Origin: the human T2T-CHM13v2.0 reference genome, Homo sapiens
Direction: 5' to 3' (one strand)
Length of the DNA stretch: 64,000 bases
Assembly (NCBI RefSeq): GCF_009914755.1
Contig: NC_060940.1
The notes beneath the pieces were generated by a model. It was not told the DNA's origin. It worked only from the letters and a program-made list of their open reading frames with translations, and did no database searches. Shown piece after piece: positions 35,904-64,000 of the stretch; the first letter of the stretch is position 1, and each line of letters opens with the position of its first letter. The translations under genes and the position numbers were made by a program.

Positions 35904-37326
35904 CTGGCCCAGCAGGTTAAAGACTCACTCCACTCTGCCGGCTGGGAGTCCTGCCCCGTTCCTTGCAGCCAGAGAACTCCCCACTGCCATGCCAGCCCGC
36001 TTTGTGCAGATTCTCTGCCTCTGCCACCTCCTACCTCCAGTCCCCCAAAGCCTCCTCATCAGACCTCTCCAGGTAACCCCTATGCCCCAAATGGAAAGAG
36101 GGAGAGGCCATCTAGGAAAGGAGTCCACAGCCAGCCAGCAGTGCCTGCTGTCGCCACCTAGGTGCCCAATCGCAGGGTCCTGGCCTCACTGCTCCAGGCC
36201 TGGTGCAGGCCCTGGCTGGTCTGACCTCAGGCTGGTTTCTGGTTTCAGATTCCAAATGGTGATGTGAGACTGAAAGAGATCAACCCCACCTAAGGTCCAA
36301 GAACCTGAAGTTTAAGTCCCAGCTTCCTTATCTTGCTTTCATAGGAAGTCACCTCCAAAAGGGATGCAGCCACCCCCCTTTTCAGTAGCTGGGCCAGATG
36401 GAGAACCCCTTGCAGACACGGATTCGGACACTTGCTACCTCCCCTACCAAGAATCTAGGCACCTGGAGTCCTGGGCTGAGTGTCTGGAATGGCCTGCCAT
36501 GTTCAGGGCCTGGCCAGGGACAGCATGGCTAGTCTCTGAAGCTGAAACAGCTCTTCCAGGATCTAACTGCTCAATGACTGGGCCAAATGCAGGAGACAAG
36601 TTTGCTGACAATTTGCTACAAAGTCTGATGTTTAAAAATTCACCCATAGATTCCACCCAGGCAGCCATCCACTCTCCCTCCCTTGATCACACCCACTTCA
36701 GCCCAAAATTCCACTGGTCCTCTTGCTAGCCAGGCAGACATCATCCCTCCATCATTCATGCTCTACCCATCATCCATCTGCCATCCTTCATTCATCAGCT
36801 GTCCAATCTCTTTTCCTCCCTTCCTCCTCCTCCCAGCAGCCAAATTTCTCTACATATCTGCATAAACCAGGCTCCGCCCTAATGTGCCATAAGCATAGCT
36901 AAGAGAGACAATCCTGTGGCCATCACTACCCCTTCTATCCCTATGGCCAAGTCTTCATCTCTTGCCTGTGCCACTCTATAGCCTCCCAACTCTGCGCCTT
37001 CTGTCTGAGTTCCCTTGAGTCTATGCTTCACATGGTCTCAGAGTAAGTTTTTAAAAGCTCAGACCCAAAGCCCTCCCTGCTTGCAACCCTACAGTGGGTC
37101 TCAACAGCTCTCTGACTGAAATTCACTCCTCTGCTCAGTGCTAAGGTCCCTTTCCCTCTGGCTCCTCCCAAACCTCTCTGCTATCACCAGCTACTGTGCT
37201 CACCATGCCATCCACTCTTCAGACACTGAATGAGGGCAAACATTTACTCCCTGCCTGCTCCAACTCTTCTCCCGCCTCACCCCCAGGGTCATTCATTCAG
37301 CTGTCTACTGAGGTCTTTTGTTGTGA

Positions 37327-38685
<1,359 letters not shown>

Positions 38686-40970
38686 TGAGCCTCATTACTT
38701 AAGGCAGGAAGAAACCATTAGAAATCTTGGAGCTGGGGCGCAACATTATCAGATTTGGTTTTTGGAAAGAGCAGGAATGCAGATGGGCTGGCCGAGGTGA
38801 GAGCGTGTGTGTGGGACCCGTTTAGAAACTCAGCGGTCATCCAGGGAAGAGAGGCAGTTGGCAGTGGCAGAAACCGGGAGCCAATTCAATGTCTATTTAG
38901 GAGGCAATATCAACAGGGCTGGATGACTGACTGGATTTAAGTTAGGAAGGAAGCGGGAGGAGCCAAGAGCATGTGGGGAGAGGTGGGGCGGGGGAGGGGG
39001 GGAGCCACAGGCCACGAGTGTGCCTGTGGACATGCGGTGATACTGGTGTAGGTGGCCTCTGCTTGCCCTCACAGTCTGCTGCACTTACCATGTGGCGTGA
39101 TCACCACGTGGCGTGCACCAGCCTTCCCTTCAGCTGGGGGCCCAGCACCCTAGGGCTCAGCTTGTATCCCTAAGGCCCAGGCCAGTTCCAGGCCCAAGGT
39201 GGGTACCTGGTACCCATTATGACCTTACCTCACTTCTCAGGGGACCTGAGAGAGCCTGCAGAAAGAAGGCTTTGATGGAAGGAAGGAGAGCATATAGGCT
39301 GGTCAGGCATGAACCAGGTGGTTCTGTGAGCCTCTGCAATGCTCAAAGCAGACGAACCCTGAATGCGGAGACAAAGCCCTCAACCCGCCCCTCTCAGGAC
39401 AGTCAGGCTTCCTGGGCAGCCCATCTGGCCTCACTGGGTGCCCGCTATGTGATCTCAGGAAGTCACAGAACCTCTGTGCCCAGCTTCTTCATTAGGAAAT
39501 GGGGAGAATACCTCCTTAAGGATTACAATGAGGACCAAATGAGATCATTCATGTAAAGTGGCTGACGCAGGGCCTGGCACATGTAAGGGCTCAATAAAGT
39601 CTACTGCCTTCTGTTTATCATGATTTGCTCTGCTTCTACTTGTACAAGGCATGGGGTTGTTCATCTGGTTAATCTGGTTTCCCAGGTATCCTGATGGGAG
39701 GAACCCAGGTGATCCCTAGTGAGGGGCGTGTCCATTCCAGATCACAGGAGGAATGTCCCATGACGCATTCCCATGTCCCATGACTTAACAGCACTAAGAC
39801 CTGTTGGTCACCTCAGGGAAAGTCCAGTTTTCCATTCACAGAGCTGATGACCAGACCCTGGGCTCTAGTGAACAAGAAGCCCCCAGATGGCACTGCTGTG
39901 TCTGAGGATGACAACCTCCTCTAGGGTCCGCCTCCACATACCTACCCTGCCACTCACCAGCCCAGGGCTTTGCGGTTTCCTAAAAGAGCATGTTCACATT
40001 TGTGGCTTAATGAATTCTAGTGCTCACATATATCCTAAGTGCTCCAGGTAGGAGCCTTCCCATCAGACAGAGGAGGAGGCAAAGACCCACAGAGCTGGCA
40101 GGAGCTGCTCGGTCCCGTGCAGCTCTGAAGGTGCTGAGCAGGGACAGAGCTCACCACAGGCTGGATGTCCCAGGCTCTTAGGCTTATCGCCGCCAACCAC
40201 CCTTAGACCGCCCTCACCTTCCCCACAGGAGTCATCTTTGTGAAGGACACTCAAATAGGAACTCTCTGGAAAGGAGCACAGAGATGCCTGCTTCACTGCA
40301 ACCCCTGGCCTTGCAGCCACATCCTCTGCTCCTGGGGGCTGTGGCCAGGGATGGGGCAATCACACCACTGGGCTCAGGCGAGTCTCGGTTTGTCACTATT
40401 CCCAGGGGCATTCGAGGTATCTCCATCCCATCTCTTGTCACATTCAACCTCACTCTAAAAGGGTCTGATGTACAGAATCAATGTGCCCATAAACAGTCCT
40501 GGGCACAGTCTGTCCATGAATAAAACCATATTTTAAGGCACCAGGACACTTATTATGTAAAAGAATTCTACGGTGACTCTTTGAAAAGTGAAAAATTCTT
40601 CGATAGATGGACTAATTACTCCCTACTTCATCCTTTGTTCAGCTCTGAACACAATTAGCATCAGGATGGTTTGAGGCTCCTCCTTCTATGACTGCTCCTG
40701 TGGTGCCTCTGTGGACAGGATTCACATCTTTGTGGGGCTTCATATGCTCCTAGGTATTTTAGGCATGCCCACTCACCCTATCAGGTGGAGAGGTCAGGTG
40801 GAGGCTGGAGACAGGCTGGGAAGCAGCAAGTCCCCAGGACTGGGCCCACCCTGCTCCACTCTCCTGACTGTGCTCCCCAAGGCTCTCAACCCGGCTTTGG
40901 GCCTCCGCTGTGCCAGCCATCCTTTGCCTCCCCACTTCCACACACCAGCCCTACGCTTTCCCAAGGATAC

Positions 40971-41213
40971 AGCGTAGCCAGCGGGCACCCAGTGGTGAGG
41001 CAGGAGGGGAACAAGGATCCCAAAGCCGATCACAGCAAAGAAGAGGTACAGCAGCCAGGCCACAATCTGGAGCGGGTGAGGGGGCCAGCTCCACCCATTC
41101 CGGCGGGATCGCTGGCCCTGCAGCTCAGGGGAGGGTCCGCTGGGCTGTGCCGGTGCCGTCCACACACTCTTCTCAGGGGCCGTCTTGTTGGAGGGCTTGT
41201 TGCAGATGTTCAT
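40971..41213 (-). CDS. ZDHHC1: ZDHHC1 exon (MNICNKPSNK...RRNGWSWPPHPLQIVAW...AGYA)
   Basis: RxNGWxxPxHPLQ motif of the ZDHHC1/11 subfamily. 243 nt, phase 0 to 0. Donor is GTATCCTT. Confidence 0.95.
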
Positions 41214-42309
41214 CTCCAGAGGGAGAAACAGTAGAGAGAGCATTAGCCCAAGAAGCTGGGCTGGAGCCCAGGGCCTGTGTCTGCAGCCAAGTTTCAGCAC
41301 AGGGGGAGTAGGCTGCGACAGCTACTCTGCTGGGGAAACTGGGGTCCTAGCACAATAGAGATGGGCAGTGGGGAGAGGGTGGGAGTGGGCTGCTGTCTCA
41401 AAGCCCAAAGCAAACCCTGGCCCTAGACTGGCCAGGACAAGGTAGGAGGGCCCAGGATTTATTCAGGACACAGTGCTGCTGCCTGTAACTCAAAGTGCTG
41501 TCTTCACAGCCATCACAGTTAAACCCAATAAGACATGTTCTCATCTGGTAACAATATCAGGCTGGGGCCAGAGTGATGAGAACACATGCTGATTCTGTTA
41601 GGATTAGTCACCTCCTTCCTGAGGTCCAAATGCAAGTGTCAGACACCCCCGCTATCCTTTGCTCAGGGAAACGGGGAATGGGGTGCCCAGAAGGAGGATC
41701 TGCCCTCTCCCCCACGGTGGACAGAAAATCCCTTTAGGACTGGGGGAGTCTGAAGCTCTGCCCCATGCTGCCTGAGGGTTCTCAGCTGGGGAGGGGCCAG
41801 CACATGTGAGGAAGGGAAGGATTCCTCTTTAGTTCCCTTCAGCAGCAGAAATGACCACGTTTCTCTAAGTAAATCTGGGCCTGGTGTACAGTTTTGTACA
41901 GAAAGGTGGGCTAACGCCCTTGGACTCAGAGCCAGACCACCAGATGGCATCAACCACCCCCTCCACCCGCCACCCTCTAGCCGGACAGCTGGCCCAGGGT
42001 CCAGGGATGAATGCCAGGCAAGAAGGGGTAGGCTACAGGAGGAAGACCCCCATCCCCAGGATATGGGCCCAAGATGGGACAACAGCTCAGGCAGGCAGCG
42101 CCACACCTGGGAGACAGGCCAGCTCTGCGCTCATGGTGGGAAGGCCAGGAGCTGGGACTAAAACCCTGGTAGCTGAACTCTCCTTTCAGGAGCCCCTGCC
42201 CATGAGACAGGGAACCTAAGCAGAAAGGGTGCCGCAGACCCCGACTCAGTGCATCTTCCTGGATCACCTTTCTCACTTCTCAATCCACAGAATGAGGCTT
42301 GATCTTCAG

Positions 42310-42575
42310 AGCCAACTGCAAGGGTTGCCTCATCCAGGAAGCTTTCCCTGATGCCCTGAGTCAGGGGGCCCTTATGCTAAGTCATTGTTGGGCAAATTAC
42401 TTTGCCATTTGGGACGCTTTGCAATCCTCATGTCTGCCCTCATTAGGACAACTTTCCCCAAAGGCAGCAAATGTGCTGGGTGGGGTTTATTCATCTCTGT
42501 CCCCTATGTCCCTTCCCCCAGGCACCCAAAATTGTACCTTGTACATAGTAGATCCTCAGTAAATGTTTGCTGACT
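42310..42575 (+). mobile_element. L2 3' end overlapping the ZDHHC1 start-codon exon in antisense
   Basis: ccaggaagctttccctga...gtacatagtagatcctcagtaaatgtttgctga resembles the L2 terminus ggcacatagtaggcgctcaataaatatttgttga. Confidence 0.7.
42538..42546 (-). CDS. ZDHHC1: ZDHHC1 start codon segment (MYK) within the 47-nt exon 42538-42584
   Basis: ttttatttcag acceptor, ATG TAC AAG|gtacaa donor, and an in-frame TGA 12 nt upstream of the ATG. Gives 482 aa (frame A) or 485 aa (frame B). Confidence 0.85.
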
Positions 42576-42877
42576 TGAAAACAGCTGAAATAAAAGGAAA
42601 CGTGGGCACAGTAAATGGTGTGGAATCCTGGTCCACCCTAAGCCATCTGGCCTGCTTTCTCCTGCCTTCCATCCATCCAGCCCTGCCCTCTTTCTGCAGG
42701 GTCGTGAACCCATGCCTCCCGCAGCCCATCTCCCTCTGCCGGCTGGCTACCACCCTGACTGCCAGACACTCACTCCTAGCCACCCTGCCCTTCAGCCCAC
42801 CTGAGGCTCAGAGCCTCCTGCAGGCCAAGCCAAGCATTATTTGAAGTGACCTCTGAGTTGTCCCATCTCAAAGCTAA

Positions 42878-50545
<7,668 letters not shown>

Positions 50546-50940
50546 ACTCTTCCCATGGTTTCCTTTTAAAACAGACCCTCCATGACCAACCCCTCCATTT
50601 CAATACCAGAGAGCCTAACCCGACCTGAAATCACTTTAGTCATGTATGACATCCGCTTCCCAGCCCCCTTCCTTAATGCTCTGGGTTCTGGAGACAGACC
50701 ACGTCTGTTGGGAGTCCTCTGTGCCCACGCCTGGCACAGAGCCTGGCAAAGAGTAAGCGCTCAAGGAAGATCTGTGAACTTGATGCATGCTAAAAGGAAG
50801 CCCCGCGCTCTGCCGGGGCCCTGGAACTCAGGCCACCGGCTCCAGGCGGAAGCGAGCCCAAAGCCGGCCAGGCGGCAGCATCCGCTACCCCGTGGCTCAA
50901 GCCAGGCTCCGAGGTGAGAAACCGGGCGGGGACTCCTCAC

Positions 50941-51148
50941 CTGCGCGCCGCGGAGGCCGTGCCAGATGGGCCCTGCCAAAGTCAGCCAGAGGTTCGGGCC
51001 CCACGCCTGGCCTTCCACCCTCCCCGGGGCAGCCGCGCCTCAGACCCTCGCGGTAGGGACGGTCCCCGGGACTGGGCGGCAACGCGCCCGGGAGCGGGGC
51101 CCCATCCCGGACGGAGACTGGGCCGGTGAGTCCTCGAGCTCTGGCTCT

Positions 51149-51196
<48 letters not shown>

Positions 51197-51250
51197 AGCA
51201 GGCTGGAGGGGCGGCCAGGCCAGACCCAGACTGGCTGGGCCTCGTCCGGC
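50941..51250 (-). other. ZDHHC1: ZDHHC1 non-coding exon 1 (5' end approximate)
   Basis: GCGCAG|gtgagg donor at 50940, inside a CpG island. Confidence 0.75.
51138..51197. repeat. Hexamer microsatellite (GCTCTG)2(GCTCCG)7(GCTCCA)
   Basis: Read directly: 10 units, 60 bp. Confidence 0.97.
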
Positions 51251-51702
51251 GCTGGGCCCGTTCCCCTGACAACGGCGCGGGCTACGGCGCCCCACAGCGG
51301 CCAAACCGCGCTGCGTCACTCCGCGCCGGTCCCCCGGCCAGGGCGGGGCTTGCCAGGGACCCTCTTGGTGCCCCAGTCGGCCCATTCCCAGATTCTTCCT
51401 AACCTTTCGTCTAGAAAATCCGCTTTTCCCTACTCCCGAGTCACAGCTTGTCTCCCCGAAATCCTAACATCTCAAAAGCGCCCCCTTCCAGTTTCTATCC
51501 TGAGACCACCGCTCTCAAGAAGAGACCTCCCCCAACCCCAGTCAACCTGCACACTTCAATGAGCGTATGTGCTGGAACATCCATGATATCCCGACCCTTC
51601 CGGGAGCTTACAGGTTAAGAGGCAAACAGATCTAGACAAATAAATTACACCACTAAAAATGCAGGTACCCCAGAATATAAAGCGAGAAGCGTAAGAGCTT
51701 AA

Positions 51703-58190
<6,488 letters not shown>

Positions 58191-58593
58191 TGTGTGTCAA
58201 ACACGTGAAGAATAAAAAAGGATAGCGCTACTTATAGGAATTCTTCTGTGAAGCCTTGTGTAAATAACCAAATTATTTTTGTGTAAAAATGGACTTTCCT
58301 ATATTATCCCACCTCTTCAACATAGTAAATCTATTTTTTCCATGTTCCTTGTTAAGCTTTTTGTAAAATTTGCTGCATTCAAGGCACTTTCCTCCCATTA
58401 ATTTTCTTCCCTGTTAAGTGGTTTTTACGACCACTTCATGCTTTAAGCAAGAAGTGCCATTTAGTATTTAAAATATTCTCTCAGCTTTCTTGGTGAGATC
58501 TTTGGCAACCTTCCTACTGTTGATTGTAACTGGTGCGACTTGGAACACGATGTCACTCTTCCAGAACTCTTCTCAGACCTAGATAAAACTTAC

Positions 58594-59980
58594 TCTGTGT
58601 CACCAGTTGGGGACAAGGTGTTTGGAAACAGTACCTTATGCAACAGAACTGCTGGAGGGCCGCCCCTCAGAGGCAAATGAAATAAAAATCATGGTGTGTG
58701 GAAAATGTGCCCGCAGAGTCCCAGGAACCAAAGATTTTAAAGCTTCTCTGCCAGTAATTCAGTTTTTATTTTATGTTTCTTGGAAAACTGAAGTCTTGTG
58801 TTTACCACGTGTCACCTAAGATGCAGAAAGGGGGAAAAAAGTGATCCTGGTTGGTGAAGATTTCCATTTCAATGGCAGCCTGGTCCAAGCTGTTCTCTTG
58901 CAACTGACTCCCGCCTCTCCCCCACCAGCCCCCTCCCGCCCCTGCACAGGCTCCCTGGGGAGGGGTATTTCCTTTCAGTGTGAAATCTGTCTTTTTGCTC
59001 GCTCATTTCTATGGGGAATGGCACATCCATGCAAAGTTGTTGGCTGCTCTTATTTTATTTCAAAAATGTGCTGGCCTCAGACACCTGAAGTTTTCCTCGA
59101 ATACTTTAAAGCAAATTATGTGCAGGAACCTCTCAGACCTGCTCTCACCGGAATTTCCTTTGAGTGTTCATATCTCAGAGCCTTATGTAACCTGACACAA
59201 TTATCTGAAAAAGCTTGGAATCCAAAAGAAAGGTGTTCTGAGCTAGGAATGAAGGTCAGAGCTGGGAAAGAAGTGCTCTCCCTTGCCTGGGGACTGGGTC
59301 ACACTTCACTACGACAATGCCCAATTCACGTTCCAAAGAAAAAATACTAAACCTCTGGCAGGGTGACCAGTGGGTACACTCGCCTCATTTCTCTGAACAA
59401 GGAATCGCTTAATGAGGGCTCCCGGGGCATTACAAAGCCTTGGACCTGGCTGGCGGTTAAAAATATTTCGATAACCACCTCCAGCTTCTGGCCTTCCCAG
59501 GATGGAAGCAGGAGTGGCTTGGGCCCCTTTAGGAGAATAACCCCTCCGCTGACTGCAAAAATCAACCCAGCTGGACAGTTGGGGTCTCGTGCCGGAGGTC
59601 AGTGCTGCAAATGGGGTATAGGTGGGGGTCTGGAATTCACATTTTTATACCAAGTGGTTGGTCTAGGTGATTTGACTCAAGCCTGGCCCAAGACTCCCCC
59701 GCCCCAGCCCACTCCCAACACAAGGCGGAAGGAGAGCGAGGACATTAACTGTAAGTACAGACCTAAAACTGGGGGCAACCAGGAGATGACCCCGCATTCT
59801 GGAAAGCCCTCAGGCCAAGAAGCTCTTTTTCTTCTTGAGAAATATCAACCCTGCTCGATATTTGCATACCAGCGGTGAGGGACCTCCACGGAGCAGAGGC
59901 ACCACTCATAGGTGGTTGACTTTTCAAGGAATTCGCTGGAGAAAATTGTACGCAAGGCTGTGAACAAAACCCCCCTCCAT
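58594..59980 (-). pseudogene. Candidate decayed multi-exon gene or spliced lncRNA of unknown family
   Basis: Exon-like blocks 59980-59763, 59570-59384, 59242-59149 and 58815 to about 58594. The first three are phase-compatible and carry one stop in about 166 codons. No family recognised. Confidence 0.3.
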
Positions 59981-61014
59981 CTGGTTTCAGTTTATTTAAA
60001 AAAACAACACACACAGTCCTCCCCACCAGCAATCAGAAGACAGCCACAGCTTCCCCAGGGGGCGTATTAGCCACCAGGGGTGGGGCTGAATTATGTATAT
60101 GCAAATAAATTAAAACAGCCAGCCAACAGCAACTAATTTTTGTATCTTTTGCAGTTGTTGTGCCAAGAAAAGGCCTGAATCAGGGTGATGGAAGCTGTAA
60201 GGAGACAAGTTTGGAATGAGTTTTAACAATCAAGTTGCCTCAATTCCGTCGTTGGGAGACTTGTTTTTAATCGAGCAGCAAATAGCAAAAGGTCGGTAGC
60301 CTTATCCTTATGTATAGGATAAGGATAATGATAGTACCTACTTCATAGTGATGACGTGAGGATAGTAAATAAAATAAAGACCAAGCAAGCTAAGCACAAG
60401 GACTGGCATGCCACAAACACACAACCACACTGGAGGATACAAGACGGATCCTAGAAGGATTTCATCCAGAGTCAGTCAAGCTCTCCCTCCAAATGCTCTC
60501 AGCTGAGGCTTGCTTTCCGCCTGGGACTGGTCCAGAAAGCCCTGCAGAACATACTCTCTCTGTTTCCCAAACTCAAGGACCCTAATCCCCAAACATCTGC
60601 CTTTAATCCTGGAGACAGTAAAAGTTCGGAGGAGGGTGCCAGACACAGGCTGAAAACACAAGTGATGCTCCTGGCTTTCTGTGTCTTACTGCCTCCCTCT
60701 CTGGTAACTGGAGGGGAGGTTTCCTTCAGTTCCGTAACTGAAGGGCCTGGTTTCCAGGTGCCCAGCCCAGATGGGATAGCTCTGAAAAATGGTGGAGGCA
60801 GGGGCGAGTTCAGTTCATGCCTAGGGTAATCAGAGGGGAGTCGGCAACCTCCAGGGCTCCCACGCTACAGGAGCAACATGCTGGAGCCCACAGGCTTCCA
60901 CCTGCCTTGGGGCTCAGCCTTTGCATGTTCAGGGGTGCCTCAAGCTCAGTTTGTTTGAACAGACCTCTGCTCCGTCCCTCATCTGGATGCAGGAACAAGA
61001 CTCCCAGCCTCAAG

Positions 61015-62598
<1,584 letters not shown>

Positions 62599-64000
62599 TG
62601 AGGTTCCCAATGGGTGAGGCTAGCGCCAGTACACTTGCTGCTGGGGCCAGTAGTCAGTTGCTATATCTGTGGTGCCCAGCACAGGGCCTGGCATGCAGTA
62701 GGAACTCAATACAAGTTTGTTGTCTTTGAGGACAGGGAGCAATGGGGTCTAGGACCCTGGCCACTGGCAGGAAGAGGGACCCTCTGCCATTCTGCCAAGA
62801 GGAGGCATGGTGGGGGTGAAGGCGTGAAGCAGAGTGCAGGGCAGGGGCTCCTTGGGAATCTGCAGCCTCTTAGCTGCAGAGGGAAGAGGAGGTGACAAGT
62901 CAGTGCTGAGTGCTCTGCTCCAGGAACCCAAGTACAGTCAGAGGACAGAGCGAGAGGGCTCCTGGAGTCTGCCACTTGGTACCCCCTACTGTAGACATCT
63001 GTTCCCCTCTCCTCAACCCAGCAGCCGGTGGGTTACCTGGTCTTTAGCTCCTTCAGAGCCGTGCTCTCCCTACACGGCCAGCAGAGGGTACCAGTGAGCT
63101 GCTGGACTCCGCTGGAGGAGACCAGAGCCCGCCTGCCCACCCCTTTGTCCTCCAGAGCCTGGGGCGTGCTAAGGGTTTGGTTAACCAGGTTTCTGACCAA
63201 GGCGGGTTGGAGGCTGGGACAAAGGACTAAGGGAGGCTGTGGGCTGAGGGCTTAGGGGCCGAGTGGCTCAGGTGCTCTGCTCCTGGTCACCCTTCATTCC
63301 TCTGCCCTGCCAGGCCCTGCTTTATCTGTTGAGGCTCCTGCCCACTGCCCCTCTCCGCTTCTCTTCCCTGGAGGCCCCTGACAGCCTAGACTCCTGCTTC
63401 TAGCAGAGGCTGGTTTTCTGCCCCTAGGCAGGCACGACTTGGCAACAGGCCTCAGACAGGGCTGGGCCAGCTTCTGCCAGCAATGACTGCCCTAACCACC
63501 TTGTACTTCTAGAACGTCTCCACCTAATAAGGGATAAGGGGTCAGTGGTTGAGGAGGCCACAGGAGCTGGAGCATAGGTCCTGGGAAGGAGGAGGCTTGG
63601 ACTAGGAAGTGGGATGAATGGGCAGGGGGAGTTTATATAAAAATGTGGCAGATGGTCCAGTCCCACCAAGACCCAAATCCCATAAGACTAATGGCTCTGC
63701 CTGAGGTGGCACGAGGTTCCAGAAGCTGAGCTGGAAACACCCCCTTCCTCATCCTAACCATGTTATACTCTTCAGCCAAACGCAAATCCCAACATCGCCT
63801 CCTGGCAAGTCTGTCCCCATGGTGGCCTTCACGGTTCCTTCCCAGGACAGTGTAGGACCCTGCTTCTGCCTCTTTCCTTATCTTGCCTTCCTGCCCCATC
63901 CCCCTACTCTTCAACTCCTGCTTTAGCAAGTGCTGGTTCTATCTGTGTTGCCTTGACCTTGAAGGCTCCCCAGGACCCTCATCTCAGCTTCTACTCCCTT

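Larger units (their letters stand above)
50790..51380. promoter_or_regulatory. CpG island / ZDHHC1 promoter
   Basis: Dense CpG, GC box gggcgggg at about 51341, CRE-like tgcgtca at about 51312, X-box at 51260-51273. Confidence 0.88.

Noticed and set aside
50966-51562. 198-aa ORF with a GS linker-like run
   Set aside because: It results from the GCTCCG microsatellite in a CpG island and is neither a synthetic linker nor a protein.
58230-58815. BLUF- or acylphosphatase-like reading (…NLWFLGLCGHIFHTP*FLFHLPLRGGPPAV…) of the distal candidate exon
   Set aside because: It contains several stops, needs a 56-nt intron to continue, and conflicts with the phase of the 59149-59242 block. The resemblance is by eye only.
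63634-63641. TATATAAA as the HSD11B2 promoter
   Set aside because: No CpG island, exon or coding sequence of that gene is visible in the window, and an isolated TATA is insufficient evidence.

Overview
Human (primate) genomic DNA, recognised from its proteins as the chr16q22.1 LRRC36-TPPP3-ZDHHC1 interval; from recalled gene order, HSD11B2 should begin just past the right edge. The window holds the last 8 coding exons of LRRC36 (+ strand, 74-19860), the whole TPPP3 gene (- strand, 176 aa, about 24580-28290) and the whole ZDHHC1 palmitoyltransferase gene (- strand, about 29190-51250). Every exon junction was checked by hand for splice dinucleotides and reading phase. The rest is roughly 45 Alus, L2/MIR/L1 remnants, two MaLR solo LTRs, MER5 elements and three CpG islands. 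There is no prokaryotic-type system or CRISPR array. The most notable observations are: (1) a phase-compatible chain of exon-like segments at about 58.6-60.0 kb that may be a decayed, unannotated gene; (2) a sense-oriented U1 snRNA retrocopy filling half of a short TPPP3 intron; (3) a 105-bp microhomology-flanked templated insertion inside an Alu, copied from 2 kb upstream; (4) two overlapping reading frames for the ZDHHC1 C-terminus; (5) a ZDHHC1 start codon that appears to come from an antisense L2 element; (6) a U12-type intron in ZDHHC1; (7) a CpG hexamer repeat in the ZDHHC1 5' leader; and (8) RFX X-box and forkhead motifs across the locus. Gene and repeat-family names come from recall, not database searches.
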